A stretch of 20,000 bases of DNA, taken from the IMG/VR virus record IMGVR_UViG_3300020020_000024; one strand, 5' to 3'. Positions within the stretch are counted from its first letter, which is position 1. Every line of letters starts with the position of its first letter. The notes under the pieces were generated by a model that was not told the DNA's origin, searched no databases, and saw nothing but the letters and a program-made list of their open reading frames with translations. The stretch is from an uncultured virus (IMG/VR IMGVR_UViG_3300020020_000024) (taxonomy: Duplodnaviria > Heunggongvirae > Uroviricota > Caudoviricetes). Both the position numbers and the translations under genes were made by a program. This document shows positions 8,180 to 16,246 of the stretch, piece by piece.

Positions 8180-8704
8180 TTATTTCACCTGATAAATAAC
8201 AGCGTTCTTGAAAGTGTAAGTGTTTGATGCCTGACCTGAGATGAATGTAAGTTCTATTCTTTGTTGTGTGGTAGTGTTGACTGCGACTGTTGCAGCAGTT
8301 GGACTGATGATCGGCGCTATCGCTTGTTTATCTCCAAATAAAGAACCAATAGCAGTTCCACCTGCCCCAATTGATCTTATGGTAATCAAACCACGAAAGA
8401 ACGAAGGCACCGCAGTAGTTCCTACCGATCCGGTAAGTGACGCCGCAATGTTTCCTGTAAGAGTTGTATTGCCGATCCTGATCCTGATAGTCGGGGTTGC
8501 TGCGTTCGTTCCCGCTTGTATGCAGTATGCTTCAATTGCAAATGTTGAACCTACTGCAAGTTCACCCACAGCAGCTATATAAGAAACAACAACTGTTTCG
8601 GTATTAGCAATAGCAGCATCAGCATTAAGAATGCCTCTGCCTCCAACCTCTCCAAAGGTTGCAATTCTATTTGATCCTGTTCCTTTCGGGCCTAAAAAAT
8701 CCAT
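8180..8704 (-). CDS. probable virion structural/fibre-associated protein
   Basis: Ala/Gly/Thr-rich beta-strand-like composition; coupled to the fibre gene. Confidence 0.7.
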   Translation of the reverse strand: MDFLGPKGTGSNRIATFGEVGGRGILNADAAIANTETVVVSYIAAVGELAVGSTFAIEAYCIQAGTNAATPTIRIRIGNTTLTGNIAASLTGSVGTTAVPSFFRGLITIRSIGAGGTAIGSLFGDKQAIAPIISPTAATVAVNTTTQQRIELTFISGQASNTYTFKNAVIYQVK

Positions 8705-8705
8705 A

Positions 8706-9782
8706 TTATCCGATTATAATTACTAGGTAAGTATTTGATGCCGGAGCGACAGCAAATGTAATCGTAACCGCATTGACGCTATTACGAACCACATCAGCGT
8801 AAACCTCTGCATGTGTAGAAGCATCTCTTATAGATACAGCGACATCTCTTGTGTTTAAGTTATGCGTACAAACTATTGCAGTAGCTACGCCGTCTCCAAT
8901 AGAAAATGTTTTCTTCTGTGTAAAATTTGCAAGGCCAGCAGGAGTCACGGCCCTGGTTGCATCTGATTTCGCTTCTACCTCAGCTTGTGTTGCAAGTTCA
9001 ACTATCCCTTGTGTCGTTAATGTTGCGGTGTCAACATTTGCTTGAACTACTACCCAATTAGCACCAACACCAGCATGAGTGCCAGCAGCAGATGAATCCG
9101 TAATACAATACAATGTATCACCAGCAGTAACATCAACACCTGATGCGCCACCGATTTTACCAGCTACTGTTACCTTGTAAACATGACCAGCATTAGCAGC
9201 AGGGTAATTAGGGTTTGCGCTACAATCAATACCGCCTTTGAATACTAGCGCATCGTTTGCATTGAGTAAGGCATCGATGTATGCCTTAACCGCTTTTTGT
9301 GTTGCGAATCTTGCATCGCTGTTTGCAGTCAATGCTACATCAGTATCGGCAACGTTAGCTGCCAGCATAGCAATAGTCAAATTACTGATCGTGTTATTTG
9401 AAGCATTGATCGTTTTATTTGTCAATGGTTCGGCCCCTGCTGGTGTTATGTAATCTGTACCAGCAACAGCAGCAGCAACAATACCAGCAGCAATCTTTAC
9501 AATACCTGCGGTTGTATATGCGGAGATTGTTTTATTAGCACCACCAGCAACTATTAATTCACCGGCACCACCAGCGTTTACGGCTCTTGTAACTGCGTTA
9601 ACGACGCCAGCACCTAAATAGATCCATGTAGTATCCTGGTAGCAACCAAACTGTTTTAGTGTAGTATCATAATAAACCAAGCCTTCTATTGGAGAACCTG
9701 GTGCAGCAGGAAGATTTTGTATAACTGCGTTTAGTAATTCTGTTCTTGTTAAATCGATTCCATTTAAAAACGATGCTGACAT
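8706..9782 (-). CDS. phage fibre-like structural protein
   Basis: ATLTTQGIVELATQAEV...AVTPAGL tail-fibre repeat; FKGGIDCSANPNYPAA and HNLNTRDV modules; Ala/Gly/Thr-rich. Confidence 0.8.
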   Translation of the reverse strand: MSASFLNGIDLTRTELLNAVIQNLPAAPGSPIEGLVYYDTTLKQFGCYQDTTWIYLGAGVVNAVTRAVNAGGAGELIVAGGANKTISAYTTAGIVKIAAGIVAAAVAGTDYITPAGAEPLTNKTINASNNTISNLTIAMLAANVADTDVALTANSDARFATQKAVKAYIDALLNANDALVFKGGIDCSANPNYPAANAGHVYKVTVAGKIGGASGVDVTAGDTLYCITDSSAAGTHAGVGANWVVVQANVDTATLTTQGIVELATQAEVEAKSDATRAVTPAGLANFTQKKTFSIGDGVATAIVCTHNLNTRDVAVSIRDASTHAEVYADVVRNSVNAVTITFAVAPASNTYLVIIIG

Positions 9783-9809
9783 AATATTGGATTTTAATAG
9801 TAAAAAAAA

Positions 9810-10262
9810 TTAACCTAAATATACTTTACCGCTAAATGCGGCACGAAATATAACTGTGATAGAGTTTGGATTAACGTATTCAACATCACCATAAACCTTT
9901 CTGCCGGTACTATCAACAATTGTTACACTAGGAAAATAATTTAAGTTGTGATTAATATTCCAGGTTGTTGCTGGCACTCCTTGTGTATGAGTATAAGTGC
10001 CACCACCCGAACTGCCTGGATCACCTTTTAAATCAATTAATGCAACAAGATCATTCCAGTTTACATCGCCAATATATCTCCATTGAATATGAGTTGATGA
10101 TTTTTGAAGATCTACTTCTCTGCCATCTGATCCTGGAACTGAATTTCGATTTCCGATATTTCTTAACCAATCAAAGGCAAATAAATCAGTCCAGTCATCA
10201 CTTTCACCACCACTCCATTGGATATGAGTTGGCGTGATTCTTAATTTTATATCCTGTGGCAT
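9810..10262 (-). CDS. phage structural/fibre-associated protein
   Basis: Two THIQW repeats, LKGDPG collagen-like stub, C-terminal YTHTQ..WNINHNL..PSV module. Confidence 0.75.
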   Translation of the reverse strand: MPQDIKLRITPTHIQWSGGESDDWTDLFAFDWLRNIGNRNSVPGSDGREVDLQKSSTHIQWRYIGDVNWNDLVALIDLKGDPGSSGGGTYTHTQGVPATTWNINHNLNYFPSVTIVDSTGRKVYGDVEYVNPNSITVIFRAAFSGKVYLG

Positions 10263-10393
10263 TGCGGTTAGCTGGTAAATAACGGGGGAGTATATATCCG
10301 AAATATATAAAAAAAACGTGACAACATTCTTCTTTTATGATAAATGCCTGTAAATTCATGTAGTCAATCCAATTAATCACCTAATAATCAATC

Positions 10394-10663
10394 ATGAGAA
10401 AGTTTATAGCATCAGCAATTTTGCTATCCCTTTTCTCAGTAGCGATGGTGGGCAATTGTTTTGCTTATAGTTTTTCGGTTGAAAAAGTATTGGTAATAAA
10501 AAAGCAGATTACTGCTGAGGCAATCGCTGAACCAATGTTTTTCTATACAAAGCCGATGAACAAGCACGAACAAAGGAAGTACCATCTTGCAGCCGGAGTA
10601 AACCAAAGGGTTGAAACTCGCTGCAACAGTCCTACTGAAAGGCATTTGCAAAATTCATATTAA
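10394..10663 (+). CDS. small putative secreted protein
   Basis: MRKFIASAILLSLFSVAMVGNCFA signal-peptide-like N-terminus; followed by a terminator. Confidence 0.6.
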   Translation: MRKFIASAILLSLFSVAMVGNCFAYSFSVEKVLVIKKQITAEAIAEPMFFYTKPMNKHEQRKYHLAAGVNQRVETRCNSPTERHLQNSY

Positions 10664-10689
10664 AAAAATGTAGTAAAGAAAAAACAACT

Positions 10690-10720
10690 GATCCCTGCTT
10701 ACCTGCGGGGATTTGTTTTT
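10690..10720 (+). terminator. intrinsic terminator
   Basis: gatccctgc-ttacct-gcggggatt followed by tgttttt. Confidence 0.65.
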
Positions 10721-10746
10721 ATTGATTATCCGAAATTAATTTTCCC

Positions 10747-10754
10747 TACATTTG
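10747..10754 (+). promoter_or_regulatory. -7 element of the methyltransferase promoter
   Basis: TACATTTG, 27 nt upstream of ATG 10782. Confidence 0.55.
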
Positions 10755-10781
10755 AAACCGACATAAATACCACCTTCGTTC

Positions 10782-13301
10782 ATGATTAAGATACTGCACG
10801 GTAAAATGGAAATCAGACTAAAAGAATTTCCAGATAATTATTTTGATAGTGTTGTTACAGATTCTCCGTATGGTCTCGGTGAAGAACCAAATGTAATTGA
10901 AGTATTAAGAGACTGGCTCGATCATGGTTATCACGAAGTAAAAAATAACGGTGGATTCATGAATGCTGAGTGGGATAAATTTGTTCCGCAACCAAACGCA
11001 TGGAAAGAAGTTTACAGAGTGCTTAAACCAGGTGGCCACTTAGTTACGTTCGCAGGCACACGGACATATGATTGGATGGTTATGAGTTTGAGGATCGCAG
11101 GATTTGAAATAAGAGATCAGTTGGATTGGTTGTATGGATGTTTAAGTAATGATACGGAAGTGCTTACTGAAAAAGGATGGATTTCTTATAAAAATCTTAA
11201 CACAATTGACTATGATAAGATAATGTGTTATGATATTTTGGACGACAGTATCCATTTTGAAAGACCACAAAAATGGAATGAATACCAAATCAAAGATACC
11301 TGTTACCGAATACAATCTGATAGTACAGACCAAATCGTCACCAGAAATCATCGTTGCCTTATTGAACGAAAAGGAAAGCTATTATTTGAGTTTGCTGAGA
11401 AAGCCGCACGGGAACAACAAGCGAATATACCCATTCTGGAAAGCATGTCGTGTTTGCGGGAAACCTTTTATGACTCATACCAAAGAACAAGCAAGCAGAA
11501 ACAAATGTTGTTCAAGGAAATGCCAGACAGCAATTTTAATAAACCGGAGAAAACGTGCAGTAAAATATTTAATAGAGAAAAAATGCGCTGTTTGTGGGGA
11601 AAGATACAAAGCAAGACAAGACAGGGAATCAAAATATTGTTCTGCAACATGCAATGGAAAAGTACAAGCATTGGGCTTAATAAAACATTCTCACAAGGGT
11701 CATTTGAGTTGGACAAAAGAAACAAAGTTGAAATTCAAGAAAAGAATGAAGGGGGCTTCAAATCCATCTTGGAAAGGGGGCGTAACATATCGAAACAGGA
11801 AAGGTGTTTACCGTCAATGGAAGATAAAATATATAAAGTGTCCAGTAGAATACGCATCAATGAGCAGGAAAGACGGGTATATAACGGAGTACAGATTGAA
11901 AGTGGCGCAACAACTACGACGAGTATTAACAAGAATAGAGGTTGTTCATCATATAGATCACAATCCAGAGAACAACGATATAGCGAATCTGATGTTATTC
12001 AAAAACAATGCAGATCACAAGAAATACGAAGCGGGGTACGATATAAAACCACTCTGGCAACCATCACTCCATTTGAATATAGCGGCATAGTTTTTTGTCC
12101 TACTGTATCTACTGGTGCTTTTGTAGCAAGAAGAAATGGAATGATTTTTATAACCGGAAATTCAGGATTTCCAAAATCACTCAACGTAAGTAAAGCTATT
12201 GATGCAAAATTCGGTGCTGAAAGAGAAGTGATCGGTAAAAGAAAACATCCTACTTTAAAAAATCCGGAAAAAATAATGGAAAGTAAAAGTGCTGTTCATA
12301 CGCTTGCTGATACTTGGCAACGTGAATGGCCTATTACTGCAGCCGCCACAGATGAAGCAAAGAAATGGCAGGGATGGGGAACGGCATTGAAGCCCGGGCA
12401 CGAACCGATATGTCTTGCAAGAAAACCATTATCAGAAAAAAACATTGCTGAAAATATTTTGAAATGGGGAACAGGCGCTATCAATATTGATGAAAGTAGA
12501 ATCGGATTTGCAGATGATGAAGATAAGGATAGTGCAGTATGGGGCAGAGGCACTGATATTGGTGGTGGAAATTTTGTTGGTTCTACTAAGTCATCAGGCA
12601 AAACAAATGTAGAACCTAATAAAGCAGGGCGATGGCCGGCAAATGTGATTCTTAGTCATCATCAAAATTGTGTTGATGAAATTCAAGAATGGAAATGCGT
12701 TGATGATTGTCCGATTAAAATTCTTAATGATCAAGCACCATCTACTGGCGCTGTTTCAATGATCAAAAAAGGCAGCTACGGTGTGAGCCAAAACACATAC
12801 AACGATTACGCATACAAAGGTGATGATGGAAGAACATTCAGGGGTGATATTACCGGGGCCAGCAGATTCTTTTATTGTGCGAAGGCAGATACACAGGAAA
12901 GGAATATGGGGCTTGATAAAGACAAGTATAAAAAAATAATCAATCATGGCATTCATGATACTTGTGAAATATGCGGAGGAAGAATATTCCAGGCCCAGGG
13001 TTTTCCTGGAACTTGTATTTGTGATGAACCAACAAGGCAAGGGAAAATAGTTAAAGGGAATTTTCATCCAACTGTAAAGCCTGTTGCCCTCATGCAATGG
13101 TTAGTAAATTTAATAACTCCTATCAACGGAAAAGTTCTCGATCCGTTTAATGGAACTGGTTCAACCGGGATCGCTTGTAAGATTGATGATTTTGAATATA
13201 TAGGGATTGAACAAGAAAAAGTTTTCTGTGATATCAGCGTGGATAGAATAAATGGCTGGATATATCAAAAAAAGAATTTAGTAGGTGATATGTTTGATTA
13301 A
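10782..13301 (+). CDS. beta-class N4C/N6A DNA methyltransferase precursor containing an intein
   Basis: VVTDSPYGL (motif IV variant), RVLKPGGH, WLYG|SGFPKS restored after intein removal, GWGTALKP, HPTVKP, VLDPFNGTGSTG (motif I). Confidence 0.92.
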   Translation: MIKILHGKMEIRLKEFPDNYFDSVVTDSPYGLGEEPNVIEVLRDWLDHGYHEVKNNGGFMNAEWDKFVPQPNAWKEVYRVLKPGGHLVTFAGTRTYDWMVMSLRIAGFEIRDQLDWLYGCLSNDTEVLTEKGWISYKNLNTIDYDKIMCYDILDDSIHFERPQKWNEYQIKDTCYRIQSDSTDQIVTRNHRCLIERKGKLLFEFAEKAAREQQANIPILESMSCLRETFYDSYQRTSKQKQMLFKEMPDSNFNKPEKTCSKIFNREKMRCLWGKIQSKTRQGIKILFCNMQWKSTSIGLNKTFSQGSFELDKRNKVEIQEKNEGGFKSILERGRNISKQERCLPSMEDKIYKVSSRIRINEQERRVYNGVQIESGATTTTSINKNRGCSSYRSQSREQRYSESDVIQKQCRSQEIRSGVRYKTTLATITPFEYSGIVFCPTVSTGAFVARRNGMIFITGNSGFPKSLNVSKAIDAKFGAEREVIGKRKHPTLKNPEKIMESKSAVHTLADTWQREWPITAAATDEAKKWQGWGTALKPGHEPICLARKPLSEKNIAENILKWGTGAINIDESRIGFADDEDKDSAVWGRGTDIGGGNFVGSTKSSGKTNVEPNKAGRWPANVILSHHQNCVDEIQEWKCVDDCPIKILNDQAPSTGAVSMIKKGSYGVSQNTYNDYAYKGDDGRTFRGDITGASRFFYCAKADTQERNMGLDKDKYKKIINHGIHDTCEICGGRIFQAQGFPGTCICDEPTRQGKIVKGNFHPTVKPVALMQWLVNLITPINGKVLDPFNGTGSTGIACKIDDFEYIGIEQEKVFCDISVDRINGWIYQKKNLVGDMFD
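11139..12161 (+). mobile_element. intein (residues Cys120-Asn460, 341 aa)
   Basis: Block A CLSNDTEVLTEKGW, block B IVTRNHR (TxxH), block F YSGIVFCPTV, block G FITGN followed by Ser+1; interrupts the conserved WLYGSGFPKS motif. Confidence 0.92.
11230..12090 (+). CDS. HNH homing endonuclease in the +1 frame inside the intein (true start uncertain)
   Basis: Two CxxC...CSxxC zinc ribbons, KGASNPSWKGG NUMOD-like motif, DGYITEYRL and EVVHHIDHNPENNDIANLMLF...H HNH core. Confidence 0.85.
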   Translation: MIFWTTVSILKDHKNGMNTKSKIPVTEYNLIVQTKSSPEIIVALLNEKESYYLSLLRKPHGNNKRIYPFWKACRVCGKPFMTHTKEQASRNKCCSRKCQTAILINRRKRAVKYLIEKKCAVCGERYKARQDRESKYCSATCNGKVQALGLIKHSHKGHLSWTKETKLKFKKRMKGASNPSWKGGVTYRNRKGVYRQWKIKYIKCPVEYASMSRKDGYITEYRLKVAQQLRRVLTRIEVVHHIDHNPENNDIANLMLFKNNADHKKYEAGYDIKPLWQPSLHLNIAA

Positions 13302-13302
13302 T

Positions 13303-13473
13303 ATGAAATATAAAGTTACCTATACCTATTACTGTTGGCTACCAGGGGCACAGACAATATATGTCGTGTTTGTTATTTATGAGCCAGACCTGTTTGATAA
13401 TAAATCAGAATTGCACAGATTTTTGTCCAGGTTCAATGGGTATGTGTTAAAAATCAAGCATAAAGAAATTTAA
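13303..13473 (+). CDS. hypothetical protein (start ATG 13303)
   Basis: Starts 1 nt after the MTase stop; 56 aa. Confidence 0.5.
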   Translation: MKYKVTYTYYCWLPGAQTIYVVFVIYEPDLFDNKSELHRFLSRFNGYVLKIKHKEI

Positions 13474-13517
13474 TTTTTGGCTGCAAATTTGTTTATATTT
13501 AGTTACAACTTAAACTT

Positions 13518-13712
13518 ATGACACTATTAGCCATTCCGGTAATTATTAATTTCTTGATAGCAGTTCTTGTGATCTGCATTATCGTTTACGCTATAAAACT
13601 TCTTGCTGATTGGTTGCAGTTTCCACAGCCTTTGAAAATATTACTCTATCTTATTTTTTTCTTACTGGCTATTTATTATTTATGGGAACACTACCTAACA
13701 ACATGGTTATAA
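13518..13712 (+). CDS. small two-TM membrane protein (holin-like topology possible)
   Basis: Two hydrophobic helices separated by LQFPQP; leader acttaaacttATG. Confidence 0.75.
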   Translation: MTLLAIPVIINFLIAVLVICIIVYAIKLLADWLQFPQPLKILLYLIFFLLAIYYLWEHYLTTWL

Positions 13713-13721
13713 AAAATTACA

Positions 13722-13729
13722 TATTTTTG
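13722..13729 (+). promoter_or_regulatory. -7 element upstream of the tmRNA
   Basis: TATTTTTG matches TAnnTTTG, 10 nt before the tmRNA 5' end. Confidence 0.55.
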
Positions 13730-13739
13730 AATTAAATAC

Positions 13740-14049
13740 GGGGATGGATTGATTTGATTGCTATTAGTAGTTCTTTGATCTCAGGCGTAGGTGGCAACCG
13801 ACTAATAAATATGCAAAAAAACAAAACGACAATAACACAGTGTATTCGTTGTTTGGTTCTAACGGGATCGGTGATTCTGCAAGAACCGGGGAAATGAAAG
13901 CAGCCGCTTAATTAGCGGCCCTGGCAAACGAAGGCTTTCAAAATTTCGGAATTGTTTTAAGGTTAATTTTCGACTGTCCAGAAGTAAAAGCCTGTATAAA
14001 GATTGAAGGGGAATGTAGTAAGACACGGGAGCGATACTCGTCATCTCCA
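13740..14049 (+). ncRNA. ssrA: transfer-messenger RNA (tmRNA)
   Basis: Acceptor stem GGGGATG/CATCTCC+A with G3-U70; T-arm ACGGG-AGCGATA-CTCGT; helix 2 pairings (ttgcta/tagtaa, caggc/gcctg); tag frame ...DNNTVYSLFGSNGIGDSARTGEMKAAA* with TAA 13909-13911 in the loop of the gccgct/agcggc hairpin; CCA not encoded. Confidence 0.92.
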
Positions 14050-14176
14050 CTAAGCTACAAGCCAAGTGTAATGTTCGTTAACAGGATCATACCCATATAG
14101 GCTCATTACAGCAACTTGTAGCTTGCTCCATTAAATGGTCAACTACTTTGTTATCAAAGAATAGGTTGTCATTTAT

Positions 14177-14212
14177 AAGCCTCTGGATCAGCACCCAGAG
14201 GCTTTATTTTTC
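14177..14212 (+). terminator. intrinsic terminator of the tmRNA transcript
   Basis: aagcctctgg/ccagaggctt 10-bp stem followed by a T-tract. Confidence 0.75.
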
Positions 14213-14230
14213 AAACTAGTATAATTTCTA

Positions 14231-14329
14231 TTTGGAGATATGACTTTTTATCCTACTTTAGCAGTCCTCTTTGGTGGAAGAGGATGGTGGCTTGTAAAAG
14301 GGTGCTGGTTCGGCACCCTTCTTTTTTTT
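14231..14329 (+). ncRNA. candidate small RNA of about 65 nt with its own promoter and terminator
   Basis: TTTG (14231), 19 nt, TACTTTAG (14254); hairpin tcctctt/aagagga; terminator aagggtgctg/cggcaccctt plus T-tract, which could also end the convergent HNH gene. Confidence 0.45.
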
Positions 14330-14732
14330 ATCGCTGTGAAGCGATTTTTATTTTTTTATAACCAGTTATGTAATGCTGCTTCTCAAACTCCTTATTAGTT
14401 AACGGAACTTTTATTGAATATTGAATTACCTTTTTTACATTCTCAATCATTACTTGAAGTATTGATGCGGGATAGTTTTTTATTCCATTCTTTCTTCTGA
14501 GTTGTGTTTGCAACCATACAAGAAATTGAACAGGCGTTCTATCATCCTTTGTCCTATTACATATATCACAGCAGCTGCCTAAAATATTTTGAGTTGATCG
14601 CAAGCCGTCTTTTGATTTTGGATGCATATGATCTTTTGTTCGTATAAGAGGCTTAATTAATTCCTTATATGGTGTTCCATATTTTCTTTCGCAGTAGTAG
14701 CAATGATCATTGCAGCATTGTGGTTTTTGCAT
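14328..14732 (-). CDS. free-standing HNH endonuclease
   Basis: CYYC...TKDHMHPKSKDG....N....CCDICNRTK, a His-Me finger with zinc ligands. Confidence 0.85.
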   Translation of the reverse strand: MQKPQCCNDHCYYCERKYGTPYKELIKPLIRTKDHMHPKSKDGLRSTQNILGSCCDICNRTKDDRTPVQFLVWLQTQLRRKNGIKNYPASILQVMIENVKKVIQYSIKVPLTNKEFEKQHYITGYKKIKIASQR

Positions 14733-14737
14733 AAAAC

Positions 14738-14956
14738 TTAAAAAGGATTTTTTTCCAGGCTATCCGCAACATATCGCAATTGTTTTATTAATTGCTGACA
14801 ATTTATTCCTTCTGACCGAAATATCCTTACACTTGCATTGACGTCAATTACTGCCATGTAAAAAGCCGAAAGATTGTCTTTCTTACATTCATCTTTCCAC
14901 TCTTGTATCATTTTTTGATTCTGCTCTAATGTTTGTTCAAGTGTTAAACTTTCCAT
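14738..14956 (-). CDS. hypothetical protein
   Basis: 72-aa ORF, tight packing. Confidence 0.7.
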   Translation of the reverse strand: MESLTLEQTLEQNQKMIQEWKDECKKDNLSAFYMAVIDVNASVRIFRSEGINCQQLIKQLRYVADSLEKNPF

Positions 14957-14957
14957 A

Positions 14958-15395
14958 TTAATTATCTTTTATTATATCGTCAATCATTATACTAAAATAG
15001 TGATTAGAATATTGTACAAATAAGTATATCCCTCCGTCTTTATCGATTTGATATTTATCGTTACAGACAGTAACAAGAATAACTTCTTTTATCGGTAGGC
15101 TTCTTATATGTTTTCTTTTTTCGTTATCAGATAAATAAGAATTTGATATTCTTATTTGTCTCCCCTTGATCGGATTTTCTATGCCAGCAAGTCTGAGTTC
15201 ATTTATTCTATAAAGTTCTTTTTGATAAGATAATTCTCTGTCATAGTGATCCCTTTCTTTAATAAGAACAGTATCTCTTATAAAAGGTTTCAAAATATTA
15301 GATTCGTGATCGTGACTGATCCACCAAGTTTGAGGTTCATTTCCTCTTTTTTTAACAGCATCCTTCAATAACTCAGCATATATTTTTGCTTCCAT
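14958..15395 (-). CDS. hypothetical protein
   Basis: 145-aa ORF, tight packing. Confidence 0.7.
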   Translation of the reverse strand: MEAKIYAELLKDAVKKRGNEPQTWWISHDHESNILKPFIRDTVLIKERDHYDRELSYQKELYRINELRLAGIENPIKGRQIRISNSYLSDNEKRKHIRSLPIKEVILVTVCNDKYQIDKDGGIYLFVQYSNHYFSIMIDDIIKDN

Positions 15396-15398
15396 GAT

Positions 15399-15965
15399 TT
15401 AAGGTTTATTTAGTTTCGGGTTATTTTCGTTTAAATATTTCCAGTATCTATATCTACCGCCACCAGGAAGTAGAATGCGTTTCTCATTAATTGCATTATA
15501 CTTTTCTTCCAGAACATTACCAATAGCTCTCATACTCTCACAACATTTAATTCTTGCAATTACAAATAAATCTCCTGTCACTAATTCATGCTCAAAGATA
15601 TCCTGGCCTAAAACAAATCTTGCTTGCTCAAATAACTGTTTTTGATTGATCGGATGTTTTTTGTTATGAGTTAATATATGTTTTAATTTTCTCTCAGCCT
15701 TATCAACAACACATTGTAGATGCTTTATCTTTTTAAGAGGATATATTATAATATATCGATGTTTGTCGGCACACTTACCTTGTTTTTTGCAGAACCCATA
15801 TTCACAAGTTCCTGGATCGCCAGAGCAAATCATCCCAATAGTACAGATAAACTGCTCTTTTAATTTTTGTCTTTCTTCTGATATTGGATCAAATTCGATC
15901 AATGGTGTTATTTTACATTTCAATAAGCCTTTTATAATTATCCCCATGGCAGCTAAGCGGCGCAC
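15399..15965 (-). CDS. hypothetical Cys-rich protein (start uncertain)
   Basis: 188-aa ORF with a C..C..C..C..C cluster. Confidence 0.65.
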   Translation of the reverse strand: MRRLAAMGIIIKGLLKCKITPLIEFDPISEERQKLKEQFICTIGMICSGDPGTCEYGFCKKQGKCADKHRYIIIYPLKKIKHLQCVVDKAERKLKHILTHNKKHPINQKQLFEQARFVLGQDIFEHELVTGDLFVIARIKCCESMRAIGNVLEEKYNAINEKRILLPGGGRYRYWKYLNENNPKLNKP

Positions 15966-16236
15966 ACCAACAAGCTATCACTTTATCTTTAAGAAGATGT
16001 AGATTATCTAAAATCCATTTTCTTCTATCTGGTTCAATATCGAGCCATTTAATGCCACTAATCCAATCTAAATGAGCTTGGATTGCATCTTCTCTTGTAG
16101 GTAATACAATCAGCGCCTTAGTACCTGATTTGTGAGTGAATGGATTCCCGAAATGTTCGATTGTTATTTTCGGATCACTTGGTCTGCCGATATAAACATC
16201 ATAAACGCTCTTTTTACAATGCACGATTTTTATCAT
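15913..16236 (-). CDS. DUF4326-like protein (start revised to ATG 16236)
   Basis: VYIGRPS...FGNPF...LKDKVIACWCAPLSCHGD signature. Confidence 0.85.
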   Translation of the reverse strand: MIKIVHCKKSVYDVYIGRPSDPKITIEHFGNPFTHKSGTKALIVLPTREDAIQAHLDWISGIKWLDIEPDRRKWILDNLHLLKDKVIACWCAPLSCHGDNYKRLIEM

Positions 16237-16246
16237 AAAAATAAAA

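Noticed and set aside
8241..10237. Plus-strand ORFs opposite the fibre genes
   Set aside because: Expected shadows of Ala/Gly/Thr-rich coding sequence
11139..12161. Group I intron explanation for the MTase insertion
   Set aside because: The insertion is an exact in-frame multiple of three with complete intein splicing motifs at both junctions
11142..13097. Several minus-strand ORFs inside the MTase/intein gene
   Set aside because: Antisense shadows with no recognisable motifs, unlike the +1 frame HNH
13859..14065. 68-aa minus-strand ORF
   Set aside because: Antisense to the well-supported tmRNA; non-ATG start and no protein motif
14052..14124. tRNA or SRP RNA after the tmRNA
   Set aside because: No cloverleaf or T-loop and no SRP domain IV motif found by eye
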